A stretch of DNA of 64,000 nt from an uncultured Planctomycetales bacterium (GTDB lineage: Bacteria; Omnitrophota; Gorgyraeia; Zapsychrales; JANLHA01), in NCBI GenBank assembly GCA_964450385.1, contig CAYVEC010000002.1, forward strand, positions 65,262 through 129,261, written 5' to 3'. Position 1 is the first letter of the stretch; each line of letters begins with the position of its first letter. The notes beneath the pieces were generated by a model. The model ran no database searches and was not told where the DNA came from. It was given only the letters and a program-made list of their open reading frames with translations. Of the stretch, positions 29,391 to 39,438 are shown in pieces. The position numbers and the translations under genes were made by a program.

Positions 29391-30410
29391 TTACGGCCGA
29401 ATCCGCATCGACCGTTCGGTAAACTCGATGATCCGACGCATCATCCGGACGGCCTCGACCGGAAAGGCCCCGACCGCGGTCTCACCCGAGAGCATGACCC
29501 CCTGGGCCCCGTCGAAAATGGCGTTAGCCACATCGCTGACCTCGGCGCGGGTCGGCCGCGGATGCTGGGTCATGGACTCAAGCATCTGGGTCGCAACAAT
29601 ATCAAAACGGCTCGCCCGCCGTGTCTTTTCAAGGATCCGTTTCTGAAGCACCGGCACCTCATAGATCGGGACCGAGACCCCTAGGTCCCCTCGGGCCACA
29701 ATAATCCCGTCGCAGGCATGAATGATCTCATCAATATTCCTCAGGGCGTCCTGATTCTCGATCTTGGCAATCACCCGGCAGGGTGCCCCGTGGCGGGCCA
29801 CGAGGTCCGTCACAAAATCGACATCCTTCCGAGAACGGACAAAAGACTGGGCCACATAATCAACCCTGTGGTCGAGACCAAAGGTGAGGTCTCGCCGATC
29901 CTTTTCGGTAAAGATCGTATCCCGCACCTTCAGTTCAGGAATGTTCACGTTCTTCTTCGACGAGACCGTGCCGCCCTGTTCAACGCGAACCTTGATTCGC
30001 CCGCGCGCCCGTTCCACGACCTTGAGATCGATCACGCCGTCCGCGATATAAATATGCATCCCGACACGAAAGGCGCTCTCGTCAAGCCCGCAGTCCAAGG
30101 GCAAGACGTCGCGCCCGTTCGCCGGAGGGATCGCCATCGACAGGATCTCCCCGGCCTGAAGCTCACGCGGGGCGGGCAGTTCACCGAGCCGAATCCGATA
30201 CCCTTCGAGGTCCTGCATGATCTTGATCTTCCGCTTCGCCCGTCGATTTACCTGACGAATGGCCTCAATGCTTTGAAGATGGGTCTCGTGGGTCCCGTGG
30301 GAAAAATTGAGACGCACGATATCCATCCCCTCCTCAGCCAAGGCCCGCAGCATCGCCGGCGAACTCGTGGCCGGACCAATCGTACAAATGATCTTTGTTT
30401 GTCGAGACAT
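29391..30410 (-). CDS. pyk: Pyruvate kinase (short form, no C-terminal regulatory domain)
   Basis: TKIICTIGPAT ... RLNFSHG ... MVARGDLG motifs. Confidence 0.85.
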   Translation of the reverse strand: MSRQTKIICTIGPATSSPAMLRALAEEGMDIVRLNFSHGTHETHLQSIEAIRQVNRRAKRKIKIMQDLEGYRIRLGELPAPRELQAGEILSMAIPPANGRDVLPLDCGLDESAFRVGMHIYIADGVIDLKVVERARGRIKVRVEQGGTVSSKKNVNIPELKVRDTIFTEKDRRDLTFGLDHRVDYVAQSFVRSRKDVDFVTDLVARHGAPCRVIAKIENQDALRNIDEIIHACDGIIVARGDLGVSVPIYEVPVLQKRILEKTRRASRFDIVATQMLESMTQHPRPTRAEVSDVANAIFDGAQGVMLSGETAVGAFPVEAVRMMRRIIEFTERSMRIRP

Positions 30411-30464
30411 GCCCTCTCCTTCAGCTATCCACAGCCCTCTCAACAACCGGAAACGCTCACGCGA

Positions 30465-31274
30465 TCACTTCTCTTGATACAGATGCACGTCGCGCTGCGG
30501 AAAAGGAATCGTGATCCCAGCCTTTTCCAGCGCCAGCTTCCCCTGTTCAATGATGTCGAAACGCACATCCCAATAATGTTCCGGCTTGCACCAGGGGCGG
30601 CAGACAAGGTTCACACCGCTCTCCGCCAGCTCATTCACGGCCACGACCGGCGCCGGGTCTTTCAAGACCTTCGGATGCGCGGCGAGCAGGTCCGACAGAA
30701 CCTGTTTCGCCACCCGCATATCATCCGTATATGAAATCCCAAACACCATATCAACCCGGCGGTGAGGAACCGCGCTCAGATTAATAATATTGCTATTGGT
30801 GATACTAGCGTTCGGCACAATAATGCGACGGTTATCCGGGGCCATAAGAATGACATTAAAAATCTTGATCTCTTCAACCCGCCCAAGGACCGCGGCGATC
30901 TCGACAACATCACCCACACGAAAAGGCTTTAAGATCACGAGGATCACCCCGGCGGCAAAATTCGACAACGAGCCCTGGAGGGCCAAGCCGACGGCAAGAC
31001 CGGCGGCACCGACGATCGCGACAATCGACGTCGTTTCAACCCCAAGTTTGTTAACCGCCGCAATAATGACAAAAACAAGAATGCCGAAATACACCAGGTC
31101 CTTCAAGAACGTCGAGAGTGTGTGGTCAAAATGCGAACGTTTAAAGACCTGTTCCATCAGGCCTGCGACGATCTTTGCCACCCACCGGCCGACGACAAAA
31201 ATCACGATCGCGGCCAGGATGTTCAGCCCATACGTTAAAATATACTCGCCGATTTTTTGGATGATCCCTTCCAT
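30465..31274 (-). CDS. Small-conductance mechanosensitive channel (MscS family)
   Basis: Three TM segments plus the conserved GxxxxGxxAGxxLVILKPFRVGD region. Confidence 0.8.
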   Translation of the reverse strand: MEGIIQKIGEYILTYGLNILAAIVIFVVGRWVAKIVAGLMEQVFKRSHFDHTLSTFLKDLVYFGILVFVIIAAVNKLGVETTSIVAIVGAAGLAVGLALQGSLSNFAAGVILVILKPFRVGDVVEIAAVLGRVEEIKIFNVILMAPDNRRIIVPNASITNSNIINLSAVPHRRVDMVFGISYTDDMRVAKQVLSDLLAAHPKVLKDPAPVVAVNELAESGVNLVCRPWCKPEHYWDVRFDIIEQGKLALEKAGITIPFPQRDVHLYQEK

Positions 31275-31377
31275 AACCCCTCCCCCATGATCAGAACAAA
31301 CATTAAAGGGGCGGTGAGGTCTGACCAGACCTGGCCGCCCCGTCTCCCTCATTCACTCGATCCTGACACGATCCTGT

Positions 31378-31734
31378 TTATTTACCTAACCCGCCGAGCG
31401 CATTCTTTACCCCGGCCGTGGCCGCATCGATCTTCTGAGCGGCCAATTTCTTGATCTCCTCCTCAGCCTTCGTCAGAACACCCTTGGCCTCAGCAGAATT
31501 GCTGTCAAGCTTTCCCAAAACGTATTTCGCCGTCGAGACCGCCTGATCATAATTCTTACTGCTTAAAAAGGCGTTCGCCTCTTTCACGAGATAAGCGACC
31601 TTGGCCTGGACATCCGCGAGCTGATCCGCGTATTTGATAGCCTCATCGGCATTGGCCGACTGGGGTTTTTGAGCGCACCCAACAACGCCAACGGCTAGGA
31701 CAGCCGCCATCACACCCAAAACGATCTTGTTCAT
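31378..31734 (-). CDS. Hypothetical lipoprotein, helical/Ala-Lys rich
   Basis: Lipobox VVGC. Confidence 0.4.
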   Translation of the reverse strand: MNKIVLGVMAAVLAVGVVGCAQKPQSANADEAIKYADQLADVQAKVAYLVKEANAFLSSKNYDQAVSTAKYVLGKLDSNSAEAKGVLTKAEEEIKKLAAQKIDAATAGVKNALGGLGK

Positions 31735-31837
31735 GTCCCCCTCCTCTGTAATAAGTACATTAGAAAAAAGTGAATTATTATGTCACAGGAACTCTAAAAA
31801 ATAAACACCAAAATACCAACCGCCCCAATAGCGTCTC

Positions 31838-32734
31838 TTATCCACCGAGTTGCGTTTTTAACCGAAGCACGGCGATCTCCTTGGCCTTGGCCTCAACCTC
31901 AATCGTGAATGACCGGCCGCGCCAAGAGACCGGAAAGTCCGCAAGATCGATATAATCATGATGAGGCCGCGGATCCGGCCCTGACCACCCATATTTGGGG
32001 CTCGAGAGATGCATAAGAGGTTCGCGGTTCCAGGTCGCCACGGCCTCGTCGGTTGCCTCCTCGACCGTCAACCCATCGGGAAGACAGCGATGATGATGCA
32101 CATCATAGGTCAAGGGCACGCCGGTGGCCCGTGCCACAGGCAGGAGGTCCGACGGAGTGAAACTCCGGTCATCATTCTCGATCGTTAATAATCGGCGGAT
32201 CCGTTCCGGCATACGCCGGATGGTTTTGACTAGCCGGGCCAGGGCCGCGAGTTTATCCCCGTAGACCCCGCCGGCATGAATATTAATACAGTCAGCCCCG
32301 ACCCATTCAGCGACCTGCGCGTGATAAGCCAGGTCCGCCAGGGACCGGGCAACCACACCCGGGTCTGGAGAATTCAGGACCACGAACTGATCCGGATGGA
32401 ACGTGAGGCGGACATCAAGACTTTGGGCAAGGGTCGAGCACCGGACAAAAAGACCGCGGATATCCTTATACCCAGGCAACTCTGTGACGGCATACCCCGC
32501 GTCCGGATGCGTCTTCACCGGCAGGATCTGGCTGTTGATGCGAAAACACCCAATTCCATGCCTCCCGCAGAAGGTGATCGCCGCCTGTAACGCTATGGCA
32601 TTCTCACGGCAGATGTCAGAAACCTTGCGCAGGACCGCGTCGCGCGGCATCCGGAGGAGCGCCGTCGCTGTTGTGGTCCGAAAACGGATCGGCTCATTAA
32701 CAAACAGGCAACACAGGCCAAGACGCAGTGCCAC
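31838..32734 (-). CDS. uvsE: UV-damage endonuclease (UvdE/Uve1 family)
   Basis: LRLGLCCLF N-terminus. TIM-barrel endonuclease motifs IHAGG and IENDD. Confidence 0.7.
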   Translation of the reverse strand: MALRLGLCCLFVNEPIRFRTTTATALLRMPRDAVLRKVSDICRENAIALQAAITFCGRHGIGCFRINSQILPVKTHPDAGYAVTELPGYKDIRGLFVRCSTLAQSLDVRLTFHPDQFVVLNSPDPGVVARSLADLAYHAQVAEWVGADCINIHAGGVYGDKLAALARLVKTIRRMPERIRRLLTIENDDRSFTPSDLLPVARATGVPLTYDVHHHRCLPDGLTVEEATDEAVATWNREPLMHLSSPKYGWSGPDPRPHHDYIDLADFPVSWRGRSFTIEVEAKAKEIAVLRLKTQLGG

Positions 32735-32750
32735 AAAACCTCTTTCAATT

Positions 32751-33347
32751 TTATTTAGCAGAAAAAAGTTTTTTTACCAATGCCGCGACCGCATCAAGCT
32801 CACGCCCGAGATCCTCGCGAGAACGGCCAACTACGCCATACAGATATTGATGCAGCACGACCTTCATTCCGCAAAAGGCGAAGATCCCTTCATCAACGGT
32901 CTTCGTCAAGACCGCGCGCATGCCGCCCTGTTCATAATGGACCTCCGGGCCTCCTGTTGTATTGATGAGCACCGCCTTTTTATCCTTAAGCAAGCCCACG
33001 ATCTGTTTGGTCGTCGGATCCGCTGCATAGGCAAAGCCATAACTTAAGACCCGATCAACATATCCCTTTAGCACGGCCGGCAGATTAAACCACCAGATCG
33101 GAAAGACAAACACCACGAGGTCCGCGGCGCGGATCGCGGCCTGTTCCTGTGCGACGTCGGCGCGGGCCTTGCCCTGCCTCATCTGCTGAAAATCCTCAGC
33201 CGCAAGAACAGGATCAAACCCTTCCTTATAAAGATCCCGAACGCTGACCTCATGCCCGCCAGCGCGAAGAGTCTCAACAACCCGGTCCTTGATGGCAGCG
33301 TTCAGACTTGCCGGGTTCGGATGCCCATAGATCACCAATGCCTTCAT
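32751..33347 (-). CDS. NAD(P)H dehydrogenase (quinone), flavodoxin-like (NQO1/KefF-like)
   Basis: MKALVIYGHPNP...SLN ... FPIWWFN motifs. Confidence 0.75.
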   Translation of the reverse strand: MKALVIYGHPNPASLNAAIKDRVVETLRAGGHEVSVRDLYKEGFDPVLAAEDFQQMRQGKARADVAQEQAAIRAADLVVFVFPIWWFNLPAVLKGYVDRVLSYGFAYAADPTTKQIVGLLKDKKAVLINTTGGPEVHYEQGGMRAVLTKTVDEGIFAFCGMKVVLHQYLYGVVGRSREDLGRELDAVAALVKKLFSAK

Positions 33348-33488
33348 TGTTTTCCCCCTTGGTTATCACGTTGGTCTCGGCCATGGATACTGGCGATGAT
33401 TATTGTACCAGAGAACAGGTATTTCGCTTGATAAAATCAGCGACCCGAGCGTGCGTCATTAATAAGGACTGATTTGAAACCAGAAGCG

Positions 33489-34484
33489 CTATTCCGGAAT
33501 AACCGGATCCAGCGGATAGAATTCCATCACTTTATAATCATGGTAGGACGGGCCGAGAAGCGGATGCTGATTCTGGACCCGCAGAGGAAGAGATTCGTCA
33601 TGCGAATATAAATAGTGATACGCGAGATCGCTCATAAAACCCTGCTGCCAGGCGATCGTAATATGGCTGTCCGCGATACGGACGATGCGGGACAAAAAGC
33701 TGATGAGCTGATCATCCCCACCCTCTTTTTTAAGCCGTTCCAAGGTCAGGTGAAGCATGCTCACAGGGTCCCTAAGCGCAACTGTCTCAACGACCTCGTC
33801 ATCCGCCACCCGTTCATAAAAAACCGTGCCTGTGTCGCCCCGCTCAACCACAACCCGATCCCTGATAAAAACACTCTTGACCCCGTTCACCATTCTTTCT
33901 TCCTTGTCCTCATAGATCGACACGCTGCGATTCTGATCCTTGAGAAAGACCGAACGGAAAAGATTTCCAAGCCCCCAGGGGTTCGAGGCCCTCAGGCGCT
34001 CAAAATAACGCCAATAATTCGCAAAAGGCCGATCGCCTTTTCGAGGCGCCGAGAGGTCTGGAAGATCGGCGAACAACTCTTCGGTCAGCGGCGTCAATAA
34101 CGGCACCAACTCCTCGCAGGACGGACAGGTCTGAAGCCGCGCTTCCCACTTCCGCCGAAAGGCCTCCATGGGCTCAAAGGAAAATGATCCCCATTCATCC
34201 TGAGCGATCATCTCCTGAACCCCGACCATATCCGTCAAAAATTCCGGGAGCATCTGGCGCATGTCATCCGCCCAGCGAGCGATCTCCTCCTTGCCCTGAG
34301 CCGTCTCCACGCGCCGAACCGCCTCAGCGAGAACAAGCGGAACCGCCTCGTCATACCTTGTAGAGATATCGAACGACCTGTCGCGGAGAGCCGCCTCCTG
34401 ATGCGCCACAAAACGGTCCATGCCGATGGCGCCGATCAGGGCGGCTGTGAGGCTAACAAGAAGAATATTACGAAGAATGTCCAT
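33489..34484 (-). CDS. Hypothetical exported/membrane-anchored protein
   Basis: N-terminal hydrophobic segment. No recognisable motifs. Confidence 0.3.
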   Translation of the reverse strand: MDILRNILLVSLTAALIGAIGMDRFVAHQEAALRDRSFDISTRYDEAVPLVLAEAVRRVETAQGKEEIARWADDMRQMLPEFLTDMVGVQEMIAQDEWGSFSFEPMEAFRRKWEARLQTCPSCEELVPLLTPLTEELFADLPDLSAPRKGDRPFANYWRYFERLRASNPWGLGNLFRSVFLKDQNRSVSIYEDKEERMVNGVKSVFIRDRVVVERGDTGTVFYERVADDEVVETVALRDPVSMLHLTLERLKKEGGDDQLISFLSRIVRIADSHITIAWQQGFMSDLAYHYLYSHDESLPLRVQNQHPLLGPSYHDYKVMEFYPLDPVIPE

Positions 34485-34629
34485 GAATGATTGGTCAGAA
34501 TCCGGATCACATCAATCTAGAGTCTAAATGATATACAAAATATACACTATTTCTATTAAAATAACAAACTCGGAAGGTCTTTATTCTCAACGGCTTATAT
34601 ACATTGTAAAAAAATCAAATTTTTGCCAC

Positions 34630-35214
34630 TTACCTGGCACCCTGGACCGTCTTCTTTAATAACCACGCCATATTGCGTCCCAAGACCTGCATCGTCTCCC
34701 TGCCCTCGTCATCGTTCTCAACCTCGCCCTCACCCCGGCCCATGCCCAGATTCCAATAACTCGACCCCGGAACGATCATCTGTTCAATAAAGAAAAACAG
34801 ATTCATCGAATTAAACACATGGACCGCGCCGGCGCGCCGGACCGCGACCACCGAGGCCCCGACCTTACGTCGTAAAAGATATCCGTTCGCACGCGCCACC
34901 ATCCCGGCCCGGTCGATCAAGGCCTTGATCTCAGGGGTCATGTTGCTAAAATACGTCGGCGAGGCCAGAATGATGCCGTCCGCCGCGAACATCTTTTCAA
35001 GATACTCGTTGAGCGGGTCATCGTTCAAGACACACCGGCGATCCTGCCGATCCTTGCAAGTAAAACACGCACAGCACCCCCTCAGCCGACAGCCCGACAT
35101 CTCAACGAGCTCTGTCGCGATCCCCTCGGCCTCAAGCTCACGAAAGACCATCCCGATGAGCCGCGATGTGTTCCCGCCCGCGCGAGGGCTTCCATTAAAG
35201 GCAACGACCTTCAT
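34630..35214 (-). CDS. Iron-sulfur flavoprotein / NADPH-dependent FMN reductase-like (Isf family)
   Basis: MKVVAFNGSPR... flavodoxin-like N-terminus and a Cys cluster CRLRGCCACFTC. Confidence 0.65.
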   Translation of the reverse strand: MKVVAFNGSPRAGGNTSRLIGMVFRELEAEGIATELVEMSGCRLRGCCACFTCKDRQDRRCVLNDDPLNEYLEKMFAADGIILASPTYFSNMTPEIKALIDRAGMVARANGYLLRRKVGASVVAVRRAGAVHVFNSMNLFFFIEQMIVPGSSYWNLGMGRGEGEVENDDEGRETMQVLGRNMAWLLKKTVQGAR

Positions 35215-35349
35215 ATCCCCTCCTTATCACCTCTTCCGGTCCGAAGTTCCTTCCGGTCATTGTGACATCATATCACTTTTTTGGGAATAAAAAAGCACGG
35301 GGATCAGCCCCCTGATCCCCGTGCCACCGCGGATTTAGGACAAAACCGT

Positions 35350-35835
35350 CTATTCGCGGGATTTCAGCTCCCGGTCGAGCATGAGCAATCCCATCGAGTT
35401 ATTCCCGATCAAATCCAGTTTGGTCAAAATATCCGTCGCGTTCTTCTCCTCCTCCACCTGCTCGTCCACAAACCACTGGAGAAAGCCCACAGCCGCATAA
35501 TCATGAAGCGACGTCGCGACCGAATAAAGGTTGTGGATACTCGCCGTGACCTTCTTTTCATGGCCGAGGGCCTCTTCAAAAACAGCACGCACGGACGCGA
35601 AGTCGGATTTCGGCTTCTCAAAAGCCCCGAGGACAACCGGGCATCCGCGGTCATTGAGATATTCAAAGATCTTCATGCCGTGCTCGACTTCCTCCTGGGC
35701 CTGTTTTTTCATCCAATGAGCCATCCCGGAAAAACCCTGGGCCTCAAAATACCCGGCCATGGACAGATACAGATAGGCTGAAAAAAGTTCCTTCGTAATC
35801 TGTTCGTTCATCACCTCATAAAGTTTTTTGTCCAC
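35350..35835 (-). CDS. ftn: Ferritin (non-haem, Ftn-like); the true start may be the internal MNEQ
   Basis: Ferroxidase-centre pattern E...YLS...EExEHG ... QW..EQ.EE. Confidence 0.75.
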   Translation of the reverse strand: MDKKLYEVMNEQITKELFSAYLYLSMAGYFEAQGFSGMAHWMKKQAQEEVEHGMKIFEYLNDRGCPVVLGAFEKPKSDFASVRAVFEEALGHEKKVTASIHNLYSVATSLHDYAAVGFLQWFVDEQVEEEKNATDILTKLDLIGNNSMGLLMLDRELKSRE

Positions 35836-35949
35836 GTTTAACCCCTTTCTAATTTTAAATATCTGTAGACTAATATAATGTTGTCGGAACGATCATAGAA
35901 AACTTACAGAAAATCTAGCACCTCCTAAAAATCCTGATACAATACGACC

Positions 35950-36750
35950 ATGCTTGAACAATTATGCCTAGGGATGGTCCAAGGAATAGCCGAATGGCTT
36001 CCGATCAGCTCGGAAGGCATGATCGTTTTTGTCCAAAGGATCTTTTTCGGCCATACGGACTTTAAAACGACGATTCAGGGGGCGCTGTTCCTCCATCTCG
36101 GGTCGGCCTTGGCAGCAATGATTTATTTTAAAAACGACATCATCTCCCTCGTGCGAGCACTCTGTGCGCCCAAACGGGCATCGGCCGCCGAACAGACCCT
36201 CCTCTCCTTTCTTGTGGTCACGACCATCGTGAGCGGGCTCCTCGGCCTAGCCCTCATCACGACCATCGGCCGGTTCCTTGACACCTGCCCGTACGCCACC
36301 CCGATATCCCTCTGGCTCCTCGCGGCCGGATTGGCCTTGACCGCGCTCTTCCAATATTATGCCAAAAATCAGGGGCACCGGAACGCCGGAGACCTAAAAA
36401 TGCCCGATACCCTGATTTTAAGCGCTGCTCAGGGTCTGGCAAGCCTGCCCGGCATCTCACGCTCCGGAATCACGATCTCGTGCCTCTTATTCCGCAACCT
36501 GAGCACTGATGAAAGCCTCCGGATCAGTTTTTTAATGAGCGTCCCGATCGTTTTGATCGGAAATGTTGCGATCGGCCTCTTTGGCTTCTCTTATGATGCC
36601 GTCCACCTCATCGGCCTTGCGGCCTCGTTCGTGACCAGTCTCGTGACCATCCACCTCCTCATGGCGGTTGCCCGAAAGGTGAATTTTGCCCCCTTTGTCG
36701 GCTTCATGGCCCTTCTGGTCGCCCTTTCTGCGGTTTTCCACGCCTACTGA
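35950..36750 (+). CDS. uppP: Undecaprenyl-diphosphatase
   Basis: GIAEWLPISSEGM and 8-TM BacA pattern. Confidence 0.85.
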   Translation: MLEQLCLGMVQGIAEWLPISSEGMIVFVQRIFFGHTDFKTTIQGALFLHLGSALAAMIYFKNDIISLVRALCAPKRASAAEQTLLSFLVVTTIVSGLLGLALITTIGRFLDTCPYATPISLWLLAAGLALTALFQYYAKNQGHRNAGDLKMPDTLILSAAQGLASLPGISRSGITISCLLFRNLSTDESLRISFLMSVPIVLIGNVAIGLFGFSYDAVHLIGLAASFVTSLVTIHLLMAVARKVNFAPFVGFMALLVALSAVFHAY

Positions 36751-36868
36751 TACGCCGCTGTGATGAGCGGCTTAACCGCCTGACGCCACAAGGGATATCG
36801 ACCGAGTCTCTCCGAGACCTCCGACGGGGCCAAACGCCAAAATCTCAAAAAATTTTTTATATAAAAAC

Positions 36869-36896
36869 TTGACATCGGAAATATTTATAGTAAATT
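36869..36896 (+). promoter_or_regulatory. Sigma70-like promoter (TTGACA-16nt-TAAATT) in a low-GC 390-nt intergenic region, ~245 nt upstream of the speH-like/SET operon
   Basis: A perfect -35 hexamer and a partial -10. The long AT-rich leader follows. Confidence 0.3.
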
Positions 36897-37143
36897 TAAG
36901 GTGCAACAAAAAGGAGCATGCAATTCCTCAAAAAGTCCCCTAATAAATGGGGCAAGGCCAGGTAAACCGGGTTTGCCTGTCCGACACGGAAGGAAAGATT
37001 TCCTAACAACGCACTCTGATTTTTAAGTATTCTCGTGCCTACTTAAAAATTCGTTTGCGTTTTTTATTTTTTATAAACCGACTACAAAGGAGGATGACCT
37101 TAGCGGCCTGCTTTTGTAGAATCACACGGGAGAAGCGAACAGA

Positions 37144-37533
37144 ATGAACACAAAACCACGAGAATACCGACGGATCAACGAGAACGGAACGATTTATTAT
37201 GGAAAGCATCTCATTGTCACCGCGCGCGGATGCAATGAGAGCCTCTTAGACAAGGCTGCGATCGCCAAGTTCATGACCACCCTCGTCAAACGGATCGACA
37301 TGGTCGCCTTTGGCGATCCGATCGTCGAGCGTTTCGGCGGCGGCGTGGAAGTCGGTATCTCGGCCGTCCAATTAATCGAAACCAGCGCCATCGTCATCCA
37401 TACCAACGACCAGGCACGCGACATGTACCTCGATGTCTTCAGCTGCAAAACCTTCTCGGAGGACGCGGCTATCGAGTTCGTGAAAGAAAACTTCAGTCCA
37501 ACCTCCATCAACCACCAGGTGCTCATGAGATGA
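37144..37533 (+). CDS. S-adenosylmethionine decarboxylase proenzyme-like (SpeH/AdoMetDC small form)
   Basis: VQLIETSAIVIHTNDQ...DVFSCKTF matches the AdoMetDC (L)IAESHISIHTWPE...DVFTCG core, including the processing-Ser context ETS. Confidence 0.6.
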   Translation: MNTKPREYRRINENGTIYYGKHLIVTARGCNESLLDKAAIAKFMTTLVKRIDMVAFGDPIVERFGGGVEVGISAVQLIETSAIVIHTNDQARDMYLDVFSCKTFSEDAAIEFVKENFSPTSINHQVLMR

Positions 37534-37994
37534 ACAGATTCTATCCCAAATTCGTTCCAGAATTTCCGTACGAGCCGTCTCCGGAAAAATTCAAGATCGG
37601 CAGGATCAGTAAAGCCGTCGGTTCCGGCGTCATTTCAAAGGCAGCGTTCAAAAAGGGTGAGATCGTTTTCGGTTTTACAGGTTTCACGATCGACTTCATC
37701 ACCCAGTTCTCATTGCAGTACGGCAAGAACATGAACATCCATGATCCGTTCTTCATGGGCAAGGTCCTCCATTCATGCGACCCGAACACATCGTGTGATA
37801 TGCAGCGCCGGATCTTCATTGCCCGGCGGGATATCCATCCCGGAGAGCTCGTCACCATGGACTATGAACAGACCGAGGACGTGCTCTTTAAGCCCTTCCT
37901 CTGCCAGTGCGGAGCGGGCAACTGCCGAAAGATCATCCAGGGCAAGGCGATGGTCGCCGATGCCATGCGTAAATCTATGCGTAAGGTCGCCTGA
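37530..37994 (+). CDS. SET-domain protein lysine methyltransferase (small bacterial/viral-type SET)
   Basis: LHSCDPN (NHSCxPN), ELVTMDYE (catalytic Tyr) and post-SET CQCGAGNCR. The ATGA start overlaps the upstream gene. Confidence 0.75.
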   Translation: MNRFYPKFVPEFPYEPSPEKFKIGRISKAVGSGVISKAAFKKGEIVFGFTGFTIDFITQFSLQYGKNMNIHDPFFMGKVLHSCDPNTSCDMQRRIFIARRDIHPGELVTMDYEQTEDVLFKPFLCQCGAGNCRKIIQGKAMVADAMRKSMRKVA

Positions 37995-38051
37995 TCAGGC
38001 GTGATAACAAGAATGATTGACGGGGGCTGCAGCTAATGCAGCCTCCCTTTT

Positions 38052-39389
38052 TTATGCGATACCAAGACGCCGAAAAAAACGCCGGCGACGCGACCGGGAT
38101 GGATTAAAATACCCGCACAGGGTCGCTGGAAACTCGCGGTGAACCATCCGAATGTGCTCGGCCAGTCCCAAAGGCAGCCTCCGGCCGGATTCAAAGCCGA
38201 TAGCCCGGAGATAGCCGAGGGGATCAAAATTCATGTTGCGCCATTGAATCATGTCAACAGATCCTGTCCGAAGCAGCCGGCGAAGGGCGCGGGTCTCACC
38301 AGCGGAATCCGTGACCCCCGGGGCCACAAGATAATTGATCGAGACAAATCCCCTGCAGCGCTTGGCTATCCGAATCGAGGCCATCACATCCGCAAAAGAA
38401 TATCCTTTCGGACGGTAATAGCGCTCATAATACTCTGGCTGAAGACTATTGAGACTCACCCGCACACTGTCCAACCCGGCCTCAAAGAGTGCGCGGATCG
38501 CCTCGGGCCGGCTCGCGTTCGTATTGAGATTGATCACCCCGCGCCGGGTCGCCCGGCGGATCAGCCGAACAGACTCGATCAGAATATCAGCGACGTTCAA
38601 GGGTTCGCCCTCACACCCCTGACCAAAACTTACTACCGGATCCCGGGTAGCCCGGATATGCGTAAGCGCGGTCTCGGCCACCTCTTCGGGTGTCGGTACA
38701 AAGGCGATCCGAGGCTGAGTCACCGGGCACTCTCCATCGGGTTGATACGAAATGCAGCCGACGCAGCGGGCATTACACGTCGGCGATGTCGGGAGCGGGG
38801 CCTCGTATCTTTTTAGAAAAAAATTCCTGGCCGCCGGGCAGCCGTTGACACAGGCGCAGGTCTCAAGATGGCGCATGAGACGATTTTCGGGAAATCGTTT
38901 CTGGTACTCGCGGATGGTTTGTTTCATGAGATCGAGGTCCATCAGCCGGGGATCCTGCCTGAGCTCCCGGTCCACCCGGATCGCGGCAGCATAAAATTCA
39001 CCGCGGAAAAACGCCACGGCCCCATAGGCAAACATCGGCAGCAGGCGGGCGCTCGGACGCTCCTCAAACGCGGCATGATAGCTGGCAGTATACCCCGGGG
39101 CCAAAAAAGCAGCAACCGGATAGACCGGGCCGCTGATCCCCTCCAGGGGGCTCGTGTCGATCCGGCACAACCGCCGGTTCTCCAAATCACAGGCGATCGC
39201 TAACCGGTCCGGGAGCATATAGAGCGCACTGCACGCCGGAAGCCTGACGCAGTCCTCTCGCGTCAAGGGGACATACTGACCCCCGGCCATCCCCACGGCC
39301 TGTAAAAAAGGCACATTAACGATCCGGCCCTGGCCGTCGCTCACAACGAGTTGTGGATATTGTTCTGCCATCAGGTCCCCTAAAGACAA
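38052..39389 (-). CDS. Radical SAM enzyme with ~200-aa N-terminal extension of unknown function
   Basis: CNARCVGC (CxxxCxxC). No C-terminal SPASM cysteine cluster was seen. Confidence 0.7.
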   Translation of the reverse strand: MSLGDLMAEQYPQLVVSDGQGRIVNVPFLQAVGMAGGQYVPLTREDCVRLPACSALYMLPDRLAIACDLENRRLCRIDTSPLEGISGPVYPVAAFLAPGYTASYHAAFEERPSARLLPMFAYGAVAFFRGEFYAAAIRVDRELRQDPRLMDLDLMKQTIREYQKRFPENRLMRHLETCACVNGCPAARNFFLKRYEAPLPTSPTCNARCVGCISYQPDGECPVTQPRIAFVPTPEEVAETALTHIRATRDPVVSFGQGCEGEPLNVADILIESVRLIRRATRRGVINLNTNASRPEAIRALFEAGLDSVRVSLNSLQPEYYERYYRPKGYSFADVMASIRIAKRCRGFVSINYLVAPGVTDSAGETRALRRLLRTGSVDMIQWRNMNFDPLGYLRAIGFESGRRLPLGLAEHIRMVHREFPATLCGYFNPSRSRRRRFFRRLGIA

Positions 39390-39438
39390 CGGCAGCTGCG
39401 CTAGGCGCAGCTGCCGCGACTGACCCCATAAATCCCGA

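Noticed and set aside
37094-37147. 17-codon uORF (MTLAACFCRITREKRTE) ending in an ATGA overlap with the speH-like start, preceded by AAAGGAGG
   Set aside because: The Shine-Dalgarno is immediately adjacent to the ATG with no spacer, which is poor for initiation. The speH-like gene has its own GGGAGAAG SD 8 nt upstream. It is more likely part of a structured leader than a leader peptide. Kept only as a note.
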